From an uncultured Bryobacterales bacterium (lineage in GTDB: Bacteria > Acidobacteriota > Terriglobia > Bryobacterales > Bryobacteraceae), in NCBI GenBank assembly GCA_937959285.1, contig CALGAR010000018.1, positions 40,103 through 104,102 on the forward strand: a stretch of 64,000 nt of DNA. Reading direction: 5' to 3'. Positions within the stretch are counted from its first letter, which is position 1; every line of letters begins with the position of its first letter. Shown here one piece after another: positions 55,889 through 64,000 of this stretch. The notes beneath the pieces are model-generated. The model saw nothing but the letters and a program-made list of their open reading frames with translations. It made no database searches and was not told the DNA's origin. Both the position numbers and the translations under genes were made by a program.

Positions 55889-57373
55889 ATGTTTGCGTCT
55901 CTGGCGCTCCTGCTGCTTCTGGCAGGGAGTGCAGCGCATGTTCAGACTCTGATCCAGGCAGGGCGGCTGGAGGAAGCCGCGCAGGAGCTCAAGAAGCTTC
56001 TCGCGGCTTCTCCATCCGATCCGGCCCTCCTCAACCTGAACGGAATTCTCGAGGCGCAGCGAGGGAATCCAGCGGCTGCCGAGGCAAGCTTTCGGGAAGC
56101 TCTGGCCGCGGCGCCGCAGAGCATCGCGATTCACCTCAATCTGGCCCGCCTGCAGCAGCAGGCTGGAATGGCGGAGAAAGCGCTCGCGACCTGGCGCCAG
56201 ATCATTCGCCTGGAGCCTTCCCACGCCGAGGCTCATTATCAGATCGCCTTCCTGCTTCTGCACAAGGGTGACCTGGCAGGGGCGCTCGCGCATGTCAAGA
56301 AGCTGAGTCCATCGGCTCAGGCAAAGCCTCAGGTGCTTGCGATCAAGGCGGCTGCTGGCGACACCGGTGCGCTTGCGGATCTGAAGAGGCACGGCGATCT
56401 GACCGAGCAGGACATTCTGGGAATCCTGCCGGTTTTGAACAGGCGAAAGCAGGATGCAGCAGCGCTGGAGCTGCTCGGGGCGCTGTTCGATCGAGGGCTC
56501 GCAAAGCGTCCGTCACTGGAGGCATACGCCGCGCTCCTCGAAAAGCAGAAGCGCTATGCAGAGGCCCGAAAGGTGCTGGAGCAGGCCGCACAGGTAGAGG
56601 GCCGCGCCGACGTGCCCCTTCTCATGGCGCTTTCCCGTCTGTCATGGCAGCAGCAGGATTATGTGGGCACGCTCAGTTATCTGGGCCAGGCGCGCGAGTT
56701 ACAACCGGACAACGGCGCCGTTCACTTCTTCTTCGGAATGACCGCGGTTGCGCTAGACCTGCCCGTTGAGGCGAAGCGTTCTCTGGCGAAGGCGGTTGAA
56801 CTCGATCCTGCGAATCCCTTCTGGCGCTACGCCTACGGCGCGGTCCTTGCACAGGAGCGCGACGCGAGCGCGTCCATCCCGCACTTCGAGGAGTACGTGA
56901 AACGGCGGCCGGAGGATGTCCGAGGCCGGTTTGCGCTGGCGGTTGCCTACTTCCTCTCGAATCAGTCTGACGAGGCGAAAGAGCGGCTCGCTCCGCTCAC
57001 GCAGCATCCCGAGACTGCCGCGGGTGCTCACTACTTTCTGGGGCGCATCGCGCGACGCGAGAACCGGCTGGAAGATGCCGAGCGGGAACTGCTCGCGTCG
57101 CTCCGGCTGCTCAAAGACCAGCCGGACGCTCTCGCCGAACTAGGGCAAGTCTACGCGCGCCTGCAGAAACCCGAGCTCGCCGAGCAGTATCTGACGCTTG
57201 CCCTCAAGGTTGATCCCGATCACTACGTCGCAAACCATCAGCTGCTCGCGCTGTACCAGCGGCAAAGGGATCCGCGTGCAGAGCAACAGGCGGTCCGGTT
57301 CGAAGAGGTGAAGAAGAAACGGTCGGAAAAGGAGCTCGCCCTCTGGCGAACGATCGATATCCGGCCGTACTGA
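55889..57373 (+). CDS. Tetratricopeptide-repeat protein (secreted)
   Basis: Signal peptide and multiple TPR-like A/L-rich 34-aa repeats. Starts 6 nt after the receptor gene. Confidence 0.8.
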   Translation: MFASLALLLLLAGSAAHVQTLIQAGRLEEAAQELKKLLAASPSDPALLNLNGILEAQRGNPAAAEASFREALAAAPQSIAIHLNLARLQQQAGMAEKALATWRQIIRLEPSHAEAHYQIAFLLLHKGDLAGALAHVKKLSPSAQAKPQVLAIKAAAGDTGALADLKRHGDLTEQDILGILPVLNRRKQDAAALELLGALFDRGLAKRPSLEAYAALLEKQKRYAEARKVLEQAAQVEGRADVPLLMALSRLSWQQQDYVGTLSYLGQARELQPDNGAVHFFFGMTAVALDLPVEAKRSLAKAVELDPANPFWRYAYGAVLAQERDASASIPHFEEYVKRRPEDVRGRFALAVAYFLSNQSDEAKERLAPLTQHPETAAGAHYFLGRIARRENRLEDAERELLASLRLLKDQPDALAELGQVYARLQKPELAEQYLTLALKVDPDHYVANHQLLALYQRQRDPRAEQQAVRFEEVKKKRSEKELALWRTIDIRPY

Positions 57374-57392
57374 TCGCGCGCGCCGCTTCGAA

Positions 57393-58607
57393 CTAGGGTG
57401 TTGTTTGGGAGGGGCCAGCCGGTTTCGCCTGGGACGGAGGAGTTGCGCCCGGTCCTCCGGGACGCATGCCAAAGGGCCGCGGAGGCTGCTTGACGAACGC
57501 TGCGACATCCCGCGCGGCTTTGGTTTCCACTCCCGGCTTCTGTAGGAAGCCCAGGTCTCGGAACCAGTCAATAAAGCGATACTGCCACGTGCCGAATGGA
57601 ATTCCTTTCCGGTCAGTCAAACCGCCGGTCATGCGGCTGCCATCTTCCAGAGGATCGCCCGGGTGGCGGCCATTTCCGTAGATGTGCATCTCGATATTCG
57701 GCACACCCAGAGCTAGCATTGCCGAGTAGTAGTCCAGTGCCCAGATCGCGTGAATTCGATCGCCCGAGCCCGCTGTGGCGATGAACGCCGGCGGGACATC
57801 ACGGGGAATGGGGGGCGCTGTGCGATTGCGTGCGAACGGAGTGGGACCAGGATAGATGATCCCGACGAAATCGGGCCGCGAGCTGATTCCGGCTAGCGGG
57901 TCGCTCGGATCGTTGTTGTTCCTGTCGAAGTCCTCGTACAGGACAGCGGCCGCCGAGGACAGCTCCGCGCCTGCGGAGAATCCCATAATGCCGATCTTCT
58001 TTGGATCGAGATTCAACTCCTTCGCGTACGCCCGCACCAGCCGGATCGCCTGTAGTGCGTCTCTCACGGCGTCGGTCTGGGGTGAATATCCATCGCGCCG
58101 GAGCCGGTTCCTCAGGATCACCGTATTGACGCCGTAGTTGTAGAAGAACGGCACGAAATCAGCCCCCTCTGAACCAACATTCAGCGTGTTGTGGCCGCCG
58201 CCTGCAGCGAGGATCACGGCCGCCCCGGTGTTGAGCGAGGGATCCACCGTGTGCACTTCAATCGACGGGTTATGAATGTTGACAATGCTCGCGATCCGCC
58301 CCGGCACGCTTCGGCTCATGTTGTATTGCTCGGCTTCGCGAATGCGCTCCTTGTTCAGGAAGGGAGAGTCCGGCGGATACAGTGGGACCACCAATCCGCC
58401 CTGGAGAATGGGCTGAGGTGAATAGGGCCCATTCGTTGCCGGTCCGGGCTTCGGCACCGAGCCCGGCGCGGGCAGCGGAGGCAGCAATTTACTCGCCGCA
58501 GCGCCCGCCGCCTGGGCATGGGCGTTCGCTGCTGACAGCGCAAACATGAGCAGCGCAGAGAGCGAGAAACCGAGTCTGCGCGTTCGCAAAACCGTTGGAA
58601 TGTTCAT
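57393..58607 (-). CDS. Secreted alpha/beta hydrolase (esterase/lipase-type)
   Basis: Signal peptide, the oxyanion-region AAGGGH, and the nucleophile elbow GFSAGAE (G-x-S-x-G). Confidence 0.75.
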   Translation of the reverse strand: MNIPTVLRTRRLGFSLSALLMFALSAANAHAQAAGAAASKLLPPLPAPGSVPKPGPATNGPYSPQPILQGGLVVPLYPPDSPFLNKERIREAEQYNMSRSVPGRIASIVNIHNPSIEVHTVDPSLNTGAAVILAAGGGHNTLNVGSEGADFVPFFYNYGVNTVILRNRLRRDGYSPQTDAVRDALQAIRLVRAYAKELNLDPKKIGIMGFSAGAELSSAAAVLYEDFDRNNNDPSDPLAGISSRPDFVGIIYPGPTPFARNRTAPPIPRDVPPAFIATAGSGDRIHAIWALDYYSAMLALGVPNIEMHIYGNGRHPGDPLEDGSRMTGGLTDRKGIPFGTWQYRFIDWFRDLGFLQKPGVETKAARDVAAFVKQPPRPFGMRPGGPGATPPSQAKPAGPSQTTP

Positions 58608-58910
58608 TGTCCTTCAGATGATCCTGGTGAAGCGCGGCTAGGGGGTTGAGCGCGGACCGGGACGCTTCCTCTGCTCCAGCTCGCGCCGTCTCTTTGCCGC
58701 TGCAATTCGTTCCTGTTTTGAGCCCTTCAGCTTTATCACAGGACCAGGGCTTCCGCAAGCACGCTTCCGCGTCACAGGCTTTCCGAGGCGGGGTGTTCGT
58801 TTTTGGGAACGGGAGTCCGAAGGCGGACACGGTTCCTTCTCGCATCGCTTGCAAGTGGCAGAAAACAGGAGCACGATGATGGCCGTGCTCTTGCGGCCAG
58901 CGATGTTGCT

Positions 58911-61409
58911 ATGAGGGACATCGGGTACACCCTCCGGATCCTTGCGCGATCCCCGCTTCTGACGCTCGTTGTTGTCCTGTCTCTGGGTTTGGGCATCGGC
59001 GCAAATACTGCTATCTTCTCGATGCTGCACCAGGTAGTTCTCCGCAGTCTTCCCGTCGAGCGGCCTGAGGAGATCGTCATTCTCAACTCACCCGAAGAGT
59101 TCAAGAGCGGGCGGATCTCGGTCGACAGCTCCGGCGGAGGGAACTTCATCTTTAGTTACCGGATGTTCCGGCTCCTCGAGAAAGAACCGCAGGGTGTTTC
59201 GGGGATTGCCGGATTCCGGCTATTGGATGCGAACATCAGCTACCGGAACCAGACGGTCGACGGGGTCGCGATGGTGGTCTCCGGTCAGTACTTCCCTCTG
59301 CTCGGGGTGAAGGCGAGGATGGGGCGGCTGATTGAGCCGGAAGACGATGTCCACGGCGCCGGGCATCCCGTAGCCGTCCTGTCCCACGGCTACTGGCAGA
59401 ACAACCTGGGAGGGCGGGAAGATGTCCTGAACAAGCCGCTTCGCGTGAACGGTCAGATTCTGACCATCGTCGGTGTTGCTGCTCCCGGTTTCACCGGCAT
59501 GACTTTCGGCGAAAGCCCGGACGTCTTCGTGCCGCTCGCGCTGAAGCCGTTCATGACGCCGGGGTGGGACGGCACGGACAGTTGGGACGACTACTGGCTG
59601 TATCTGTTTGCCCGCCTGAAGCCGGGCGTTTCGCGGCAACAGGCAGAGCAGGCGCTCAACGCATCCTACCGCGGTTTTATGGGGCTGCAGGCGACCGAAT
59701 CCAACGCTCTGCGGCCTGAGAGGCGTGAGAGGTTTCTCAAGTCCCAGTTGACTCTTCTTGATGGAAGCAGGGGAGCGATACCGGCCCGCGACTCCAGCAA
59801 GACTCCGATCCTCATTTTGATGGCGGCAACAGCCCTCGTGCTGCTGATTGCGATCGCTAACACAGCGAACCTCTTGCTGGCCCGCGCGGCGCAGCGGAGG
59901 AAGGAGCTTGCGATACGAACGGCGCTCGGCGCCAGCCGCCTGCGCATCATGCAGCAGGCCTTGACCGAAGCGCTCGTGCTCTCGCTCGCCGGCGGTCTCG
60001 CCGGGCTTCTCTTCGCAGTTTGGACGATCAGTTTCATGGTCGGAGCGATAACCGGCGGCCGGCCGACGGAGGAGTTGAGCTCCAGTCTGGAATGGCCCGT
60101 CCTCCTGTTTGCCCTCGGCATCTCCCTGGTGAGCGGAGTTCTTGCGGGTCTCTATCCGGCCTGGGAAGCGGCGAGGAGCAGCGTTGCCGGAGTCTTGAAG
60201 GATCACGCCGCGAACGTTTCCTCTGGTCTTGGCGCGGCTCGTGTCCGCAAGCTGCTTGTTTGCGCGCAGGTGATGGCTTCCGCTCTCCTGCTGATACCGA
60301 CCGGACTGTTCATGAAGAGTCTCGTAAACCTGCTGCACGTCGACCTCGGCATCAGAGTGGAGAGCATGATGACCTTTCGAATCTCTCCCGAGCTGAACGG
60401 GTACAAGCCTGCGCAGAGCCGGGCGCTGATAGACCGGGCGGAGCAGCAGTTGAGCGCGATTCCAGGCGTGCGCGGCGTAGCGACCTCCCTGGTTCCGCTG
60501 CTTGATGGAAGCAACTGGGTGAGCACTGTCAAGGTGGAAGGGTTCTCCCGCGACGCAAACGCGGATCGATTTTCGATGTACAACGTTGTGGGGGCGGGAT
60601 TCTTCAGCAAAATGGGAATCCCTCTCATCAGCGGACGTGAGTTTACAGAACGCGACACAATGGCCGGGCCCAAGGTGGCGGTGGTGAATGAGCAGTTTGC
60701 GAGGCATTTCTTCGGCGACCAGAATCCGATTGGCAGGAAGTTTGCAATCGGTCCTAAGGACGCACTTGACACCGAAATTATCGGCGTCGTGAAGGACATG
60801 CACTACGCGGATGTAAAGGAGAAGCGCCCGCGCCTCTTTTTCACTCCATGGGCACAAAGTGAAGGCATCGGCTCGATCTCCTTCTACGTGTGGAGCGAGC
60901 TGCCCGCTGGAAGAGTGGCCTCGGAAATCCGTAGAGTCATGAACGGGCTGGACCCCGATCTTCCGCTTCAGGATTTGCGGACGATGGAGGAGCAGGTGCG
61001 GAGGAACATACGCTCGGATCACCTTATCCTTCAGCTTTCGGCGACGTTTGCAATCGTGGCGACGCTTCTGGCGATGATCGGGCTTTACGGTGTGATGGCC
61101 TACAACGTGACGCGGCGGACCCGCGAGATCGGGATTCGTATTGCGCTGGGAGCTGAGCCTGAGAGCATCCGGCGCATGGTGCTGAGCGAACTCCTGGTGA
61201 TCCTTGGCGTTGGCATGGCCGCGGGCATCCCTGCCGCCATTGCCTTGGCGCGCTTCACCGAGAGTCAGTTGTTCGGCGTGAAATCCTTTGATGCCGCGGT
61301 CATTGCTGGAGCGGCGGTTGCACTGACGATAGCATCGCTGCTTGCCGGAGCGATTCCCGCAAGGCGCGCCACGCGTGTCGATCCCGTCGTAGCGCTCCGG
61401 TATGAATAG
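58911..61409 (+). CDS. MacB/FtsX-type duplicated ABC permease (ADOP family)
   Basis: N-terminus MRDIGYTLRILARSPLLT...LGIGANTAIFS and two MacB_PCD plus FtsX modules, the second ending ...ARRATRVDPVVALRYE. There is no adjacent ATPase gene. Confidence 0.88.
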   Translation: MRDIGYTLRILARSPLLTLVVVLSLGLGIGANTAIFSMLHQVVLRSLPVERPEEIVILNSPEEFKSGRISVDSSGGGNFIFSYRMFRLLEKEPQGVSGIAGFRLLDANISYRNQTVDGVAMVVSGQYFPLLGVKARMGRLIEPEDDVHGAGHPVAVLSHGYWQNNLGGREDVLNKPLRVNGQILTIVGVAAPGFTGMTFGESPDVFVPLALKPFMTPGWDGTDSWDDYWLYLFARLKPGVSRQQAEQALNASYRGFMGLQATESNALRPERRERFLKSQLTLLDGSRGAIPARDSSKTPILILMAATALVLLIAIANTANLLLARAAQRRKELAIRTALGASRLRIMQQALTEALVLSLAGGLAGLLFAVWTISFMVGAITGGRPTEELSSSLEWPVLLFALGISLVSGVLAGLYPAWEAARSSVAGVLKDHAANVSSGLGAARVRKLLVCAQVMASALLLIPTGLFMKSLVNLLHVDLGIRVESMMTFRISPELNGYKPAQSRALIDRAEQQLSAIPGVRGVATSLVPLLDGSNWVSTVKVEGFSRDANADRFSMYNVVGAGFFSKMGIPLISGREFTERDTMAGPKVAVVNEQFARHFFGDQNPIGRKFAIGPKDALDTEIIGVVKDMHYADVKEKRPRLFFTPWAQSEGIGSISFYVWSELPAGRVASEIRRVMNGLDPDLPLQDLRTMEEQVRRNIRSDHLILQLSATFAIVATLLAMIGLYGVMAYNVTRRTREIGIRIALGAEPESIRRMVLSELLVILGVGMAAGIPAAIALARFTESQLFGVKSFDAAVIAGAAVALTIASLLAGAIPARRATRVDPVVALRYE

Positions 61410-61455
61410 ACAGCGGGCTGGGGCGTCAGGGAACGGCAGATGTGTGCAATGCTCG

Positions 61456-62931
61456 ATGGTGATGAGACGCCGCGACTTTCTTGCCGCATCCGCTGCCGTC
61501 CCTTTTTCCGCCGGGGCGCCTGCCGTAAGGCCGCCAGCTCCTTTCGGAGCCACTCCTTCGGAACGGCAGCTCCGGTGGCATGAGATGGAGTCCTATGCGT
61601 TCCTTCACTTTACGATCAATACCTTTACAGACAAGGAGTGGGGTTACGGCGACGAAGATCCGGCTCTTTTCAACCCAACTGCTTTCGATGCTGACGCGAT
61701 CGTAGAGCCGCTTGCGGATGCGGGGATGACCGGAATCATTCTCACTTGCAAGCACCACGACGGCTATTGCTTATGGCCGACCGCGACAACGGATCACTGC
61801 GTTCGAAAGAGTCCCTGGCGGGGTGGGCGGGGCGACGTCGTCCGCGAGCTGTCGGAAGCGGCACGGCGCCGCAAGCTCAAGTTTGGCGTCTACCTGTCTC
61901 CCTGGGATCGGAACCATCCTGCCTACGGCACACCCGACTACATCGGCGTCTATCGTTCCCAACTGCGGGAACTTCTGACCCGCTATGGACCAATCTTCGA
62001 GGTCTGGCACGACGGCGCGAACGGCGGGGACGGCTACTACGGCGGAGCGCGGGAAAAACGGGTGATCGACAAGCGGAGCTATTACGACTGGCCCAATACG
62101 TGGGAACTCGTGCGGTCCTTGCAGCCCGATGCCGTCATCTTCAGCGATGTCGGCCCTGATATCCGCTGGGTTGGTAACGAGAAAGGGTTCGCTGGGGAGA
62201 CATGTTGGGCGACCTACGATCCTGTGGGGGAGGATGGAGGTGCACCGGCTCCTGGCTACACCCGGTATAAGGAGGGAATGACCGGGCACCGTCACGGCTC
62301 AAAATGGATGCCCGCGGAATGCGACGTTTCCATCCGGCCCGGCTGGTTCTGGCACGAGCGGGAAAACAGCAAGGTGAAGAGCGCGCGGGAGCTGATGGAT
62401 CTGTACTATCAATCCGTCGGCCGGGGCGCGAGCTTCCTGTTGAATGTGCCTCCGGACCGCCGCGGGTTGCTGCATGAGGCGGATGTCCGTTCGCTGCGCG
62501 AGTTCGGGAAGCTGCGGCGAGCCGTATTCCAGCGAAACCTCGCTGCCTCCGCAAAGGTGACTGCCTCTAACGTTCGCGGCAAGGCGAAGGCTTTTCAGCC
62601 TCAAGATCTCCTCGATGGGTCCCGGACCAGCTATTGGGCGACAGATGACGAGGTTCTTACCGGAGACGTTATCTTCGAGTTTGCCGCTCCCGTCACGTTC
62701 AACGTCGTTCGCTTGCGGGAAGCAATCCGGCTTGGTCAGAGGATCGATTCCTTTGCCTTAGACGTCTGGAGCGATGGCGGATGGAGCCCGTTCGCGGAAG
62801 CGACGAGCATTGGCTCCTGCCGTCTGATTCGAACCGCCAGCCCGGTTACTACAATCCGGGTCCGCCTGCGGATTACAAAAGCGTCGGCATCCCCGGCTCT
62901 GAGCGACTTCGGGCTCTTCCTGGATGCTTAG
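61456..62931 (+). CDS. Alpha-L-fucosidase (GH29) with a C-terminal F5/8 type C (discoidin)-like domain
   Basis: Tat-like RRRDFL signal and the GH29 blocks KHHDGYCLWPT and YLSPWD, followed by a beta-sandwich tail. The start could be the ATG at 61456 or at 61462. Confidence 0.82.
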   Translation: MVMRRRDFLAASAAVPFSAGAPAVRPPAPFGATPSERQLRWHEMESYAFLHFTINTFTDKEWGYGDEDPALFNPTAFDADAIVEPLADAGMTGIILTCKHHDGYCLWPTATTDHCVRKSPWRGGRGDVVRELSEAARRRKLKFGVYLSPWDRNHPAYGTPDYIGVYRSQLRELLTRYGPIFEVWHDGANGGDGYYGGAREKRVIDKRSYYDWPNTWELVRSLQPDAVIFSDVGPDIRWVGNEKGFAGETCWATYDPVGEDGGAPAPGYTRYKEGMTGHRHGSKWMPAECDVSIRPGWFWHERENSKVKSARELMDLYYQSVGRGASFLLNVPPDRRGLLHEADVRSLREFGKLRRAVFQRNLAASAKVTASNVRGKAKAFQPQDLLDGSRTSYWATDDEVLTGDVIFEFAAPVTFNVVRLREAIRLGQRIDSFALDVWSDGGWSPFAEATSIGSCRLIRTASPVTTIRVRLRITKASASPALSDFGLFLDA

Positions 62932-64000
62932 GCCGCGATCGAGTAGGCTGCCAGAGTTGTTTCGTTGCGCAGGAAAATACGGCCTTCTGCGAGGGCAGGG
63001 TAGGATCGGACGATACCGGGCAGCAGTTGCGCCTTCCCTTCGGCCTGGTACGCTTTCGGACTGGCTTGCGCGAGGACCGCTTGTCCGCTCTCGCGCACGA
63101 TGAGCAGCTTTTTCCGAGCAAGGTCACTGTGCCCGCGCCGAAATCATCGACGCTCCATTGCACTTTCCCGGTACTCATTTCCACGCAGCGGAAGCTCTGG
63201 CCGAACTCCTGCCTGCCGTGAAAGCCGTAGAGGAAGCCGTCTTTGTACACGTTGCTTGCGTAGTGGTTCGAAAGCACGTCGTCGGAAGACCAGAGCTTCT
63301 TTATTTGTGTCCCGCTGACTTCCAGAAGGACTGCTCCGGTGTTGTAGCTGGCTGAAAGAAAAATCCGGTTTCCATCTACCACGGGAACTGCTGCATTGAC
63401 TGAGGCGTTGCTCCGGGAGCGCCACCGAAAGTGAAACCGGACCTTCCCGGTGTCCGGCTCGACAGCAGCCAGGCCTTCGCGCGTGAAACAAAGGATGGTT
63501 CGAACGCCATCGACGACAGCGGCGATCGGTGATGAGTAGCCGGCATCGTCATCCGTTGCGGTCCAAAGCACCTTGCCGCTGCTTTTGTCGAATGCGACCA
63601 GACCCGCTCCTTTAGGCCCTCCGACATTGACGTAGACTGCCCTATCGTCCACCAGCGGCGAAGCTGCAGCCCCAAAGAAACCCTTTCGGACTCCGAACTT
63701 CTGATGTGTGTCCACTCGCCAGAGGGCCCGGCCCGACTTTAGGTCGATTGCGTGCAGCACGCCCTCGGCGCCGAACGTGAAGATTCGTTCGCCCGAGACT
63801 GTGGGCGTCCCTCGAGGTCCTTCATCAAATCCGAAATCGTCCCGATAGTTGGTCCCGTACTCGAACAGCCAAAGCGACTTTCCGGTCGCGGCCTCCATGC
63901 ACTCCACTCTCTCCTTGTCGCCGACTCGATGGAAAAGGATGAGCTGGTTCTTGACGACAACCGGTGAGCTGAACCCTTCACCGACTCCCTTCTTCCAAAG
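62928..64000 (-). CDS. PQQ-like beta-propeller repeat protein (BamB-like fold), 5' end outside the window, with an apparent frameshift at 63109-63113
   Basis: The frame is open from 64000 (LWKKGVGEGFSSPVVV...) with repeated propeller blades. After the A5 run the annotated frame turns into a basic, low-complexity tail, while the -1 frame encodes a typical last blade (KLLIVRESGQAVLAQASPKAYQAEGKAQLLPGIVRSYPALAEGRIFLRNETTLAAYSIAA) ending at a TAA at 62928-62930. Confidence 0.7.

Noticed and set aside
58608-58910. Small ORFs in the 303-nt gap upstream of the ADOP permease. One example is a roughly 45-aa Lys/Arg-rich minus-strand ORF ending at 58638, just upstream of the esterase gene.
   Set aside because: There is no SD, codon bias is mixed, the composition is low-complexity basic, and several overlapping frames are equally open. 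No PadR-like regulator, which often precedes ADOP genes, can be read in any frame.
59220-61553. 777-aa ORF antisense to the ADOP permease gene
   Set aside because: It has the same codon-aligned antisense geometry (low coordinates congruent to 0 mod 3 for both) and the same junk-like Arg/His/Gln-rich translation. The sense gene has clear family motifs.
1-64000. Search for CRISPR arrays, tRNA/rRNA genes, tandem or interspersed repeats, integrases and transposases
   Set aside because: By eye I found no regularly spaced direct repeats, no T-loop/acceptor-stem candidates in any gap over 100 nt, no rRNA-like segments and no recombinase-like ORFs. The four hairpins recorded as terminators share no sequence, so they are not a REP family. 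I could not run an exhaustive computational repeat search.

Overview
The window is a GC-rich, densely coded chromosomal segment with about 60 protein genes. Many are linked by 4-nt ATGA/GTGA start-stop overlaps. The gene content points to an Acidobacteria-type genome, which is an inference from a duplicated orphan MacB/FtsX permease (ADOP family), a PEP-CTERM protein, and a roughly 1180-aa TonB-dependent receptor with a carboxypeptidase-regulatory-like N-terminus.

Most genes are housekeeping: ribF, purB, dnaX-ybaB-recR, mtaB, metX-metW, atpZ/I/B/E, hemD, a biotin carboxylase plus carrier protein, and lacD. These are interspersed with transport genes (an ABC-2 pair, a CPA2 antiporter, a beta-carbonic anhydrase plus SulP, EamA) and signalling genes (two ECF sigma factors, a Fur-family regulator, an FHA-GAF-PP2C phosphatase, a hybrid histidine kinase). 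The 3' end carries glycan-related genes (GH29 fucosidase, esterase, TonB receptor).

One RNA gene absent from the ORF track is recognisable: a small SRP (4.5S) RNA upstream of dnaX. I found no rRNA, tRNA, CRISPR array, transposase, integrase or clear prophage or defence island.

I did not find a compelling novel system. The observations most worth a second look:
- A divergent five-gene signalling module: Fur-family regulator coupled to an FHA-GAF-PP2C phosphatase, facing an ECF sigma, anti-sigma and VIT-vWA operon.
- An in-frame A AAA AAC slippery heptamer in dnaX, at the position where E. coli makes gamma.
- A homopolymer frameshift in the terminal PQQ-like beta-propeller gene.
- A HyuB-only oxoprolinase-family gene translationally coupled to a BNR/Ycf48-like protein.
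- A split biotin-carboxylase alpha subunit.

The very long antisense ORFs (up to 777 aa) are codon-aligned shadow ORFs and were rejected. All family calls come from motif recognition by eye; no searches were run.
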